A DNA stretch of 56,907 nucleotides, filler included, from Platydemus manokwari (taxonomy: Eukaryota): the NCBI GenBank assembly GCA_037951405.1. It is 5 parts of 5 records of this genome, joined end to end, with 100 filler letters (N's around TTAATTAATTAA, not from the genome) between each part and the next. Parts side by side here need not be neighbours in the genome. Positions count along the whole stretch, not along the records: positions 1 to 9,507 come from JBBMOY011239431.1; positions 9,608 to 20,011 come from JBBMOY011136439.1; 3 more parts are not named here. One strand, written 5' to 3'. The notes below the pieces were generated by a model, which did no database searches, was not told where the DNA came from, and worked only from the letters and a program-made list of their open reading frames with translations. Positions 1 through 11,599 of this stretch are shown here, piece by piece; the first letter of the stretch is position 1, and every line of letters begins with the position of its first letter. The position numbers were made by a program, and so were the translations under genes.

Positions 1-125
1 ACATTTAATCAATAAAATGAATTAATTATTTTCTATTATTCTCCATAAAAGTTCGTCCCAAAATAAATGAATATAAATTATCTTACATGAATTAAAGAAA
101 TTACAATGTGGAAGCTAGTTTTACA

Positions 126-839
126 ATGAATCAGAAAGTTAGTAGCTATGAAAAAAAGATAACCAATGACAATGATAAATCACTAATATTATATTCAACT
201 ACAACCTCTTCGGTTGATTATGATGTGTTCGTTCCTAAAATCTTTGCAAAATTTTCCAATTCAAAATTGATCTCAACTAATAAATCAACAATTTCCAAAT
301 CATATTCTCGTGAATTGGAATTAAATCAGATTATACTCCATAACAATTTACCTCGCATTCTTAGTAAATCTAATCGACAAGAATCTACGTTGTGTATTTT
401 AGAATCCAAACCACGTATACCTAAAAGAAATTCTAAAATCTGTGAAATTTGTAAGAAATATATCTCAATTCCCAACAAATTAGACCAAAAGACATCATCG
501 ATTGAAAGAGATATTATAAAGGATTCAACTCAATCGCGATTTTACTCCATATTCTACAAACAGGATGATGTTTGCAAATGCGATTTGAAAAAGAAACGAA
601 TTTGGACGAAAAAAAGTATCGAAAAATTGGATAAATTTTCTGGATATCCTAGAAAAAGATTAATAAGCAGACATTTTTTCAATGATCCCTACTTTGTTCT
701 CTCGCTTAGTAAAGAATCAAGAACGATTAATAAATTACGAAAACAAAGGAAACGCGAAATGATATCTAGAAGCTTTTCCGAGAATCATGATCCTATGATG
801 GTTCTAAATTTATTTGTTATAAAAGAGAATTTTGAATAA
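126..839 (+). CDS. Hypothetical basic Ser/Lys-rich protein (orphan ORF)
   Basis: Open frame of >700 nt in very AT-rich DNA; first in-frame ATG at 126 (the ORF track starts at GTG 108); contains CEIC...CKC; no family recognised. Confidence 0.5.
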   Translation: MNQKVSSYEKKITNDNDKSLILYSTTTSSVDYDVFVPKIFAKFSNSKLISTNKSTISKSYSRELELNQIILHNNLPRILSKSNRQESTLCILESKPRIPKRNSKICEICKKYISIPNKLDQKTSSIERDIIKDSTQSRFYSIFYKQDDVCKCDLKKKRIWTKKSIEKLDKFSGYPRKRLISRHFFNDPYFVLSLSKESRTINKLRKQRKREMISRSFSENHDPMMVLNLFVIKENFE

Positions 840-1463
840 TTTGAATTGAAAATATAACTTTTTGAATTCATTTCAATATGATTTAACATAAGATTTAGAT
901 TTTTTAAGTATTAAATATTTGGAACAAAACTTGAAAAATATGAAGATGAACCGATTTCGATTAGCCAGGTAGTGAAATCATTTGGGTTATTGTAGAAAGA
1001 TTTAAATTTTTAAGAATTTAATGTTTTGTGGTGAAAAAAACATTTGATTGTGAATTAAATAGTATTTTGTTATGATTTGAAAAATAATCGTTTGATTTCA
1101 ATAGAAGTCTTATCGAATTAGTTTAAAATTCTCTTTATCTTAATTCTTTTTATCAAACTCCGATTTTTAATTCTCAAGAATTTTCCATTATTGCTTAACA
1201 ATATGCTTATTGCAGTATATTCTTCATTTATGACCGGAAGTATCTCATTCTGTGCTAGTTGCAGACATAGCAGTGACATAATACAGACTGATTCATAACC
1301 AATCTAAACCGTATTTGATGCATTTCCAGAAGAATAATGTGTGATTCATCGTATTATGTAATATCAATCAATCAAAGGCAAGATATAATAATTAAATTAT
1401 CATTTTAATCTGAATAAGATTTCTTTAATAATTTGTTTAAATTTGCGAACATTTTTATGAGGA

Positions 1464-2762
1464 ATGGTTGAAAGCAACGTGTTAGAATTTTTAAAGTCCT
1501 TTGGGAACCATCTAGGTCTTGATGATGGAATTGATCAACTAACGTTCAAAGTCACTCCATTTTTGTTCCTTTTCGGATCGATTATTGTTACTTGTGCCGT
1601 TTACTTCAACGATGCTTTAGCTTGTTTTATTTCAACTAGTCAAACGGGAAGTGGATTTGATAAATATGTGAACAATTACTGCTGGACAGAAGGAACAATC
1701 GTATTGCCAAATCAAAACAGTATTCCAAATAATATGAAAGAGTGGGAAAATGCTCGCAAAGACGGATATATTTACTATTATCAATGGATACCTTTCTGCT
1801 TGGCTATCCAATGTATTATGTTGCTTATTCCATATATGATTTGGAAACATACGTATCTCAATCGATCTGGTTGTGATTTTACAAATTTGCTCAAGCAAGC
1901 CAAAGATTCGCAAAACAAAAACGGCGAAGAATCAACAGAAACTGTTAGAAAAATTGCCGAACACATGGAACAAGTTATTTATAGCCACAGAGACAACAGA
2001 ACTGGTGGAATATCAACGGTTAAAAGACGCGCTGCCTCATGGCTCGGTTTAATGGCTCCAAGCAAAAGGCAAGCAACACATTTGGTATTCTGGTATTTAT
2101 TGGTCAAAATTTTATATTTGGGAGTGATCTTCTTACAATTATTCATTATTCAATCTTTTTTTGGATCGACAAAGTCTCCATCGAAATTCGTAAGAGATTT
2201 GTTCAATGAAATTGTTGAAGGAAATACATTGCACAACACCACTATGTTTCCGAAAGTGTCATTCTGCCATTTGGGTAATATGAAACATCCAGGATTCAAA
2301 CATAATTCTTATATTACTCAATGCATACTATCAGTCAATATGTTGTCGGAGAAAGTTTACCTAGCTTTATATATATGGCTATTGCTTTTGACGGTAGTAG
2401 TTTTCATGAGCTTGCTATTGTGGTTATATAGATGTTTATTTTATTCCCGAGTCAAATTTATCAAGAAAGTTTTAGCAGACAATGACGTCGACACAAGGAA
2501 AGAAAAGCACATTATTCATGGTTTTATTAATGATTTTTTGAGACAAAATGGAGTTTTTACACTAAGAATGTTCCAATCTAATATGGGGCCAATGTTTACT
2601 TATCAATTGATAAATCAATTATGGATTACTTATAAGAAAACTTATTTTACCATGAATTTATCCAAGGCCTATCCTCCAAAGGGAGGAATTGATACGGTGT
2701 CAACTCTTCCAAAATTCGATGAGAAAATGTATTGCGACCAATCTGAAGATGCAATGTTATAA
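1464..2762 (+). CDS. inx: Innexin (gap-junction/hemichannel protein), intronless CDS
   Basis: DDGIDQL N-terminus, C...YVNNYCW first loop, YYYQWIPF signature, MFPKVSFC and QCILSVNMLSEKVYLALYIWL second loop, FLRQNGVFTLR tail; 4 TM segments; AATAAA just downstream. Confidence 0.97.
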   Translation: MVESNVLEFLKSFGNHLGLDDGIDQLTFKVTPFLFLFGSIIVTCAVYFNDALACFISTSQTGSGFDKYVNNYCWTEGTIVLPNQNSIPNNMKEWENARKDGYIYYYQWIPFCLAIQCIMLLIPYMIWKHTYLNRSGCDFTNLLKQAKDSQNKNGEESTETVRKIAEHMEQVIYSHRDNRTGGISTVKRRAASWLGLMAPSKRQATHLVFWYLLVKILYLGVIFLQLFIIQSFFGSTKSPSKFVRDLFNEIVEGNTLHNTTMFPKVSFCHLGNMKHPGFKHNSYITQCILSVNMLSEKVYLALYIWLLLLTVVVFMSLLLWLYRCLFYSRVKFIKKVLADNDVDTRKEKHIIHGFINDFLRQNGVFTLRMFQSNMGPMFTYQLINQLWITYKKTYFTMNLSKAYPPKGGIDTVSTLPKFDEKMYCDQSEDAML

Positions 2763-4289
2763 ATGAATTTGTGTGTTGGATTTCGAATAAATGTTTACTG
2801 ATTTTTTATCAAAGATAAAAGAATTTTTTATTTATATTTCGATGAATTAAGCTGTTTGAAGGTCTTTTTAAATAAAGTAATTCATTTATCGTTAAATTTT
2901 CCTTATCCAATGATTTATGTAAATATATTACGATTGATAATGAGCTAGTAACAATTTTTATTAGATTGTTTGTGAGTTATTTAATATAATGATTTTAATA
3001 CGTGTAAAAATATTTGTTTATTTTTATTAAAAAAATAATTATTTAATAACAATTACTATTTTATTGTATTCATTAAAATTTTATTTCTTTTAAAATGAAT
3101 TAAAAATAATTGTTAAACTATTTATAGCCATTAAATTTTTTGTTAATTAATAAGAGTATTTTTATAATTAATTAGGCTTTAATTTGTTTCACTTGTTCGT
3201 AATGGCTTCAGCAGCACGTATGAAGACGATATTGCTGGGAAATATTAAGTATTAAATCTTAAGGTGTTAGTATAACCTTTAGTTATACTTATTGATAACT
3301 GATATCACCACAGTTGCTTATTTTCAATCATTATTAAAGACAGTTATCATATATAATTATTGCAATGATGAAGAATTAAATATCTTTATTTAAATAGCTG
3401 AAATGACTCAACAATAAAAATAGCTAAACGACATTATATCATTATATACCAGGCATCACGTAAGTGATTCATTGTAGAATCCACGGGCGGACGGATGAGA
3501 ACAATTGGATAAAAAATACTACTTATCGATTTCCTTAAAAAGAATTTTACTTGTGATATGACTTGTAACCTGACCAAGTAAAAATTATCCCAAAGATTCT
3601 ATAAGATTTATACATTTTGGTGAACTACGATTCATTAATCTATTGATGATTATTCCAAATATCACTTCACTGTAGATTCGTTAACATGGTTCTAGTTTTT
3701 GTTATTTTGGTTTTTGGAGTTGATTTGTATGATAAAATTCTGCGAAGCCTTTGTGTGTATGTTTGTATGCGCTATTGTATTTATTGATTATTTAATTTTT
3801 ATGCGAATGATTCGCTAGTGCATACATTTGATCAATGTCTATTTATTTTTAATTTTGTTAGTTTTTTTATTTATTTTATCACTTTATCCTTTTTTTATTA
3901 GTTTTCTATTGTTGCAACTATTTCATTTTATATGCACGTCTAATACTGTTCATTTGTTTCTTCTCTTATATAAATCATTTTTGAAAATAATGTTATCACT
4001 TGCACAAATCACAAAAAATACTGTGAAAAATCGATATCGTTTTAACAAAAGATCAAAATTAAGATAATATGACAAAGCGGAGTTATTATAAATGGTATTG
4101 TTATTTGTTAATCTTAATAATCTTTGTCTATTATTTGGTAAACTAACTTCAATACTGAAACAGGGTTTATTTGTAAAGATTAACCGCTATGCATCACAAT
4201 GACCTATTTGTCAAGATAGGCTAGGCCATGAGGTTTTTAGTATAAATCATCATCTGATAAGATAATTAAGGTTTGATCTTCAACAAGAG

Positions 4290-4790
4290 CGCATCGATTT
4301 ATTGGTTACTGATGTAGAGCGAAGAAAGATCTTCCTGGTAGACATGAAATGTCCAATCGACACAATACGAAACTTCGAGGAGTCAAACAAAAATGATATA
4401 ATTCATTATACCAACTTTAGGAATGAGCTCGCCAAATTGAAACCAGATTTCAATATTGAGCTTTTCACGTGCATTATAGGCACACTCGATACAGTTCCGG
4501 CCTCAACAGAAGCAATTTTGGCGAAAATTGGCGTGCCGAAAAATAAAATCCAAAACCTGGTCAAAGAATGTGCAATTTCAAATATTGAACACTCTGCAAA
4601 AATCTGGCAATTTCACTCGACCAGTGTTTTGATAGATATTATCTAACACAACATAGAATCAAACAATTCCAACCCAACGAAAAGCCGAGATGAATGAATG
4701 AAAATGCAAAAATGACTTCTAGAATCAAAGCTTTCAGACCCAAGCAGGTCACAATCAATCCAATAATCCAACAAATTTGTATTGAATAAA
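4290..4790 (+). mobile_element. 3' fragment of a non-LTR retrotransposon with restriction-like endonuclease (R2/NeSL/R4 group)
   Basis: (I)DLLVTD...IFLVDMKCP...IIHY..F..L...IIGTL...CAISNIEHSAKIW matches the PD-(D/E)xK REL domain pattern. Stop at 4646, then a ~140-nt 3' UTR ending GAATAAAT. No RT upstream. Confidence 0.75.
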
Positions 4791-7700
4791 TCTTGTAACA
4801 CAGGTATATAAATATAAAATTCAATAAGTGCAATAGGTTTAAGCTCAGAGTATAAATGCACTATTGATAAAATTATTTATCGATAAAAAGTATTTTATTA
4901 ATATTGATTGATAAGTAAGTAAGTGTAAGTTCAGTACCAAATCAGTTTGCTGCAGCAGGGCAAATAAACTTTGTTATAACAATTAAACAACGTAGCCTTA
5001 AACCTTAAGATAATTCAGTTAATTTTTCACTGTTTGTCACCCATGTGAGTTACTGAAGCCCTCTAAGGTAATCTAAAATATCTCACACAACTTTGATTTT
5101 GTTGGGGTTCAAAAGGATCGAAGGTTGTAATGTGTATTACATAAAAACTAACTAATCAGTAAGCACCGAAAATGATTCGAAAACTCAGTAAAGCCTTTAC
5201 AAATCAATAACAAAATAAAACTTGATACCAACTGGCAGTTTGGCATTTTACATAAATAATTATACTTGAGATTTGTGTGTAATTTTTGTATCACATTTTG
5301 ATTTAATCTTTTATTTCCAAACTTCCATTTTGACTTATTGATTTTGTCTAAATTAGATAGGTTAATTCCTCTATGAGTGTTACTCTGTGGCTATGTTCAT
5401 TTTTCGAATTACAGTTTTCCATTTAAGTCAACTGTGATCGGTTGGTTGCTATGTCTCTCTAGTTATGTAAGCACCAGATGTTTAAAGTGCAAAAATAAGG
5501 GCTTCAAGGTACAAAATCGTTTTTATTTTGTGAGATTTCTTCTCTACTCAACATTTTAACATTATTTGTTTACGATGAACTTCTATTGTAAGGAAATATT
5601 AACCTGTTATTTATGAATAGTAAATGCAATTTATTTCATTTATTGTTCTATTTAATGGAGTACAAAATACAAGTACGTGGAAAATAATAAATGTAATTTA
5701 TTAAAAACTGAATATTAATCGATTAATGATCAATGTGAATATCAATGTAAATTTATCAGCTATTTTATTTCTTAGCAATTATATATGAAAAATCTTCTCA
5801 GAAAAGAAAGTATTTTGAATTTCTAATTAATTCACTTGCGTGGATAATAACTACTTATCACGTCCAAATTTATATATAAAGATTAGTCTCGAGAAACAAC
5901 TAAAATATTTTTCAATTTCTTTAGAAAATCGAAGAAAAAAAAATTGATCTAGATGATTAATAATTCATAATTCGTATGCACCATAGTCAATTGACAATAT
6001 ATAAACCCATTAAGTTAGTTACAACTAAGTCAGATTCTTATCAATTTTATCTATTAAACAATTACATGCCAGTTATTTTCTGGAAGAGAGAAAACCTTGA
6101 ATGATTATTCGCCAATTATTCCTGTTACCAAGCTAAAGTATGTAAATAGTCATATAATATTCTAATTCAGTTACATATATTTTTATTTGCTTAATTTGTA
6201 TTTATAGAGGTCTGTTCATTGTTAAAATTGATAGGCAATATAAAGCACTACCTTTGACTTACCTATTATTATCATATTATCAGTAGAGTTTCGATTTCAA
6301 TTAACATCAATTTAAGGCTAATACCTCTGGGATATATAATATGACTTATTGCACACCTGTATATGAAATCATAAAATTAGATAAGAAACCACTCATAACT
6401 CAAATTTTTCGAGTGGATAGCGAAATCACGTTAATAACCATGATTCGAATAATTCTTGCGATAACTGTGACATAATGCAGAAAAATGCACGCAGATGGAC
6501 CCTGCATTAGTCGAATCAAATAAAGAAATGGATATGTAATTTCGCATGTTGCCGAAATTCGTCAATACGAAGAAACGTTAAAAGTGAATAAAATGACACA
6601 AACCCCACATGTATAGGGCTACTGTTTCCAACATTGCTAAACAAAGCTTCTATGGAGTTGCATGACTTAGACGAACAGTTTCACAATTATCAATTGCACA
6701 GCTTGGGAAAACAGTCCCCAGAAATCTCAGCATATGATGATACTTCTAATTATTCTTATGATACTTACATTATTTATTAAAAGTTGGGAAAATGTAACAA
6801 TTTGGTAGACTTAATGAATTAATTTATATTGAATTTTCAAAATTGCCACTGATAAATAAGTATAAAATTTTAAAAAATAAAATAATAAAGATTTTGAATT
6901 TATAATTATTAAATTATATTATTTACAGATTTATATTTATTATTTATCAGTCATATTTATTTTTATTATTGAATTTAATTTATATAATTTTTTAGATAAA
7001 TAAAAAACAAAAAACAAATATCTATTTAAGACAATGATTAATTGGTTAGCCGTGATAATTCACGACTTATAACATAGATTCTCTCTTGCGATTGAACCTG
7101 TTATCACATTTCTCTTGGCTACGTCCAGTAGTTGATTGCTTATTAATCGTCCTCAGAGTCAAGGTCCAACTGTGAACTATGAAATTCACATTATATTTTT
7201 TTATTTACAGGTCTCAATATTTGGAACAATAAAACCTAAAATTGGTGCAAAATACATTGAAATAATAAAAACAAAAATAATCTGTAAATTCATTATCCTA
7301 GTATGGAGTGGATTGATTCTACTAACTACTATAATTAATCATTATTAAAATAATGAAATACAATTTAATGAAAGTTAAAAAAGATTATACACATCTAGTG
7401 GCAATACACACAACCCCAAATTATCAATCAGAATTTTCTAAATCAACTCTCTGATTAGCGGTTAAAAATGAAAAAAAAACCCAAGAATTAGAAATCTTAT
7501 CAAATAAAAACATTGCTTGATACAAACAAATTTAATAGTCTAAAATATTTGGACTCTGGAGCCGTCTTTTAAGGCTGGTAATATTTTTCGTATTCATTTT
7601 TAAATTCCTTAGCCCTCGTGTGATCGTGACTTTGATATTTGTTTTATTATACATTGTTGCAATTGAATAATAATTCCTTTTTATAATCAAGCATAAACTG

Positions 7701-8567
7701 TGCAAATTTTAATAATTATTAAACAACTAATCGTCATTATCATGAAAAGTCGTTTAAATGCATGTTAAAGCACAATTTCGTGACAAAGTTTTATTAAAAT
7801 CCTTATTTATCGGTAAAATAGTTACTCTTCTTTTCCTATTAGATAATTTTTATTAGAAAACATTTGTCGATAGTTTATTATAACAAAAAGGCAAAAATTT
7901 AAATATTTCTTTCAGTTTTTACCTAAAATAATCCAGTTGAACACTTGAAATTCCAATGCAAAGATATTAAGACTGATAAAACGACTCCATTCCGATTCCA
8001 CAGTATCGCTTGCTTAATCGATAATCTATTAAAAATTCCTTCATATTTACATGAAAATAAAATCGATGATTTTCATTGGTAGGATAGGATTAGTTGCTGT
8101 TGACCGAGCATTATTTTCTGAAGCTTTCTTATTGATTTTAATTTCTTGTTTAAACTACTAAACAGCTATAGCGAAAATAAAAAATTTCAAACATCAACAT
8201 AGAACTGTCTGTCATCACACACAACTTGATACATATAACACTAACAGATTTAATACAAAGTCTATCTTTTTCGTGATAATAAAAACAATCTAACGGCAAG
8301 TAATGAGCAATATTTTTATATAAGTAAACAATATCATATCAATAAGCCAGAAACACGATAAACACAGTATAAAATCAATATTTTACTGGAACGATATCGA
8401 GTTATTTCTACTATCGACCCAGTTCCATTTTATCATTTCATAATTTGTCAACAAAACAATAAAAATCCACAATTCCGACATCTTAAAAATAATTCAATCA
8501 CGATTGCAACAACTAAAAGCAATTATAAAAATGAAGATTTGATATTCAGTAGATTCTGAAATCACAT

Positions 8568-9270
8568 TTATATTGAATCACAATCTTCTGAAAAACTATC
8601 ATCATCATCATCACCACCACCAATATCATCATCATCCCCTAGTAAATCTTTTGATTTCAATTTGAGATTGATATCTTCTAACAACTGATTTATATCAATT
8701 TCATTCTTTTCCAATTTCCTTCTAAATGTTCCTTGTAATAAGTAAATTATATCAAGATGGAAATAAATGAATAAATATTACTTCTTTCACGTTCTGGTAG
8801 TAATTTCATTTTTTCGAGTAGTATCTGATTAGTGTCACCATTAGATTGTCTTTCACAACTAAACCATTATTATCGAAACGCTTTTAATAAATAAAGATAT
8901 ACTATTGAATTACTACTTCAGCAACTTTTACGCATTTCCCACAAACTCCGTGCTTCAAACAGCAATCTTCACAAACAATGTAATAAGCGCGCTTAACATT
9001 TTTTTCACCACATTTTACACTGTCAATAAATTAAATAAATAATAAATAAATATAGCTAAACCATTTTGATGGGGTAGTTAATGGCTTATATTTTTTATAT
9101 TTGATTTTCCATTCAATTATTGCTTTACATTGTTCGCAGGTACCTTCAGCAACGACATTATTTATCTCTTTAGTCTTTTTGGATTTATCGTTCATATTAT
9201 TTTTAAATGCCCATTTATTAGCATGTTTTGGTGGGCCTTTTTTATTAACATTCCCTCTTTGCGAACTCAT
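8568..9270 (-). CDS. C9orf85: C9orf85/DUF2039-like Cys-rich protein, multi-exon
   Basis: Exon 1 (9270-9062): MSSQRGNV..PPKHANKWAFKN..CEQCKAIIEWKIKYKKYKPL. 42-nt GT-AG intron. Exon 2 from 9019: CVKCGEKNVKRAYYIVCEDCCLKHGVCGKC. Further short exons lead to an acidic tail (DDDSFSEDCDSI*), with TAA at 8568-8570. Confidence 0.88.
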
Positions 9271-9507
9271 GTCACTGAAATTTTAAATTTGGTTGACAAA
9301 TTTTTTAAAATTTAAACAAAAATTATTATTGATATTATTTTAAAATATATTAAACGATAGTGAATAGTGAAAGAATTACATAATGCTAATCAAGTAGTTT
9401 TTAGTTTAACTACTCATAAAATAAATTTGGGCTAAAGTTAAAAAAGGGTCCTAAAATAAAATTTTAAAATTGTGGAGTGTATTGCAAAAATCTATATAGA
9501 TTATTTA

Positions 9508-9607
9508 NNNNNNNNNNNNNNNNNNNNNNNNNNNNNNNNNNNNNNNNNNNNTTAATTAATTAANNNNNNNNNNNNNNNNNNNNNNNNNNNNNNNNNNNNN
9601 NNNNNNN
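9508..9607. other. Assembly spacer (N44-TTAATTAATTAA-N44)
   Basis: Seen directly; identical structure at four sites. Confidence 0.97.
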
Positions 9608-9619
9608 TAAAGCAAGTCT

Positions 9620-10072
9620 TTATTCAATTAAAGCATATTCTCTGACCCATTCTTTTACTTTTTCGTTGTATTGTTCTATGTTTGATAAATATAAGTGTGC
9701 TGCATCACCATTCAGTGGACTTCTTGGATTGGGATCTGTTAGAAGTGATGAAATGGATAGAAGTAATTTTTGAATATTCAATGATGGAGCCCAATTACTT
9801 TGTAGAATATCTACACAAATTTGTCCGTTATTGATATTTGGATGAAATATTTTCGTTTTAAAAGTGACTTTCGGTGGATAAAATGGATATTTGGGTGGTA
9901 AGATGATATTGATTTTGAATTTTCCATCTTGAAATGGAGATTGTTCTGGTCCTGGTATTGTTGCAGTCCATTGATGAATATCATTTTCATTTGGATGAGC
10001 ATTGAAATATGGAGTTTCTTCTAACCATTTCATTTCCATTTTCAATCGATTTATCATATTTCGATTGGTCAT
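9620..10072 (-). CDS. Ubiquitin-conjugating enzyme E2, UBE2D/Ubc4-like, divergent, intronless
   Basis: WTATIPGP..SPFQDGKF, YPFYPPKVTFKTKIFHPNINNGQICVDIL (HPN motif plus catalytic Cys), W.PSL..LLLSISSLLTDPNP.SPLN..AA.LY. Confidence 0.95.
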   Translation of the reverse strand: MTNRNMINRLKMEMKWLEETPYFNAHPNENDIHQWTATIPGPEQSPFQDGKFKINIILPPKYPFYPPKVTFKTKIFHPNINNGQICVDILQSNWAPSLNIQKLLLSISSLLTDPNPRSPLNGDAAHLYLSNIEQYNEKVKEWVREYALIE

Positions 10073-10599
10073 GATGTTGTTTGTATTTGTTAATAATTAC
10101 AAAATAATGGATTTAAATAAAACATTTTGAAAATAATTTTAAAATTTATCTAAATTATTATTGGTTAAAAAATATGAATTTATTTTTAAAAATTTTATTT
10201 CTTTAAAATTTAACATTTAAATTTTTTAACTATTTTTTAAATTAAAAAATGCATTTTTCCTTTTTTGTAAACTTTATAAAATTAAAATGAATTTTAAGCA
10301 AATAGGTCCAGGATCTTTTATAAATTAAATTTTTTGTTCAAATGCACTTAATTGAAATGAAAACAATTGGTCTCTAAGCTACACAAAATTATGCATTTTA
10401 TCTCTAAACATCATTGAAAGTTTTTACTGGCACAAAACCCATTATTTGAACAAAAAATCCATAAAATCACAGATAAAGCTTATCGAAATTTTGTGTTGTC
10501 CTCAGCTTTAAGCTTTTAAAATTTTTTAATATAAGTAATACAAAACAATTTTTTCATTAAAAATCTATAAAAATAAATAAATAAAATTGGTTGATTTCG

Positions 10600-11545
10600 T
10601 TAACAGACTTCACAAAATAATTTCTCATTATCGATTTTCTTTAATAGTTCAAGAAATTCTATGTCTTTCATCATCATTTGTCTCCGTCTATTTCCGGCCT
10701 GAAAAATATCAATTTATATCTATGTGTAATAATGATCAATATCACAAAAATCCTAATTATAAACAATAACAATACTTACATCATAATTAATAACTAATGA
10801 GTAAATTAAGATTGCCAATCCATAGAAAATCAACAAAGAAGGTATTAAATAAAGTTCGATCGATTCAATTTTCTTGATAATATCCGTTTTTTGGATACTC
10901 TTATCGAGGAACCAAATCGACGTAGCAGCATGCCATATACATAACACCATGATCATAACGATATTGCCGATAATGGTTTTGTCCTATAATTAGTGAATTG
11001 GAAATCTTTTATTGCTACGATTAGAGTTAATAATTGTGTTTCTAAAAATAAATATTTTACGTTGAGATGAACAATAGTAACAATTTCTTAGACCATATAT
11101 TCATAATTTCCTATCAATGTGATTGTAAGACGAAATCAGTCAATACCGATGCTACTGCAGTTGTCAGGATTACCCTTATCGCTTAAGTTGAAAGAAGGCA
11201 AATCTCTTCAAATGACTGAAATGAAATGAATAACTGAACACGCACACAATCACAACATATGGGTGTCTGTGTGTTCCTGTATCATTTTCAGTATTTAATT
11301 GTACTTTTATTATGTTCTGCCTTAACTTAATTCTCATAATCTTTATTTGATTGTTTTCATATTGAATAAAGGCAACTAACTCATACTCCGTTAACCTTTA
11401 ATTTTCAAAATAACCGCAATATTTTGTGCTTTTTTATTTAATTGATTTATATATCAATAATTTTAATAAATAACACTAAATCAGGGGAAAACATATTAAA
11501 CTTACATCATTATTGATAAATCTTACCAGATATGTCAGATAATGC
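10600..11545 (-). CDS. 3' exons (M3-M4 region) of a pentameric ligand-gated ion channel-like gene; 5' part not located
   Basis: Exon 11545-11527 encodes (x)HYLTYL; exon 10983-10780 encodes DKTIIGNIVMIMVLCIWHAA...LIPSLLIFYGLAILIYSLVINYD; exon 10698-10600 encodes AGNRRRQMMMKDIEFL...CEVC*. All junctions are GT-AG and in phase. The spliced YLTYLDK...LCIWHA motif matches the pLGIC M2-M3 loop and M3. Confidence 0.75.
11124..11506. mobile_element. Putative solo LTR or small insertion inside the channel intron
   Basis: Termini TGTAAG...CTTACA form a 6-bp inverted repeat with TG..CA ends; internal AATAAA; flanks tgat/tcat give only an imperfect TSD. Confidence 0.4.
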
Positions 11546-11599
11546 CTAAAATGAAATCAGTGAGTAATGTTTTACTTGAACTGAACTGGATTGTTTATC

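Noticed and set aside
3828-4067. Short hydrophobic ORFs (also 5377, 7136, 35469, 38877, 54213 and others)
   Set aside because: Phe/Leu/Ile-rich translations are expected from T-rich noncoding DNA, and several lack ATG starts.
9552-9563. TTAATTAATTAA palindrome as a conserved regulatory motif
   Set aside because: It is always centred in N runs, so it is a scaffolding linker.
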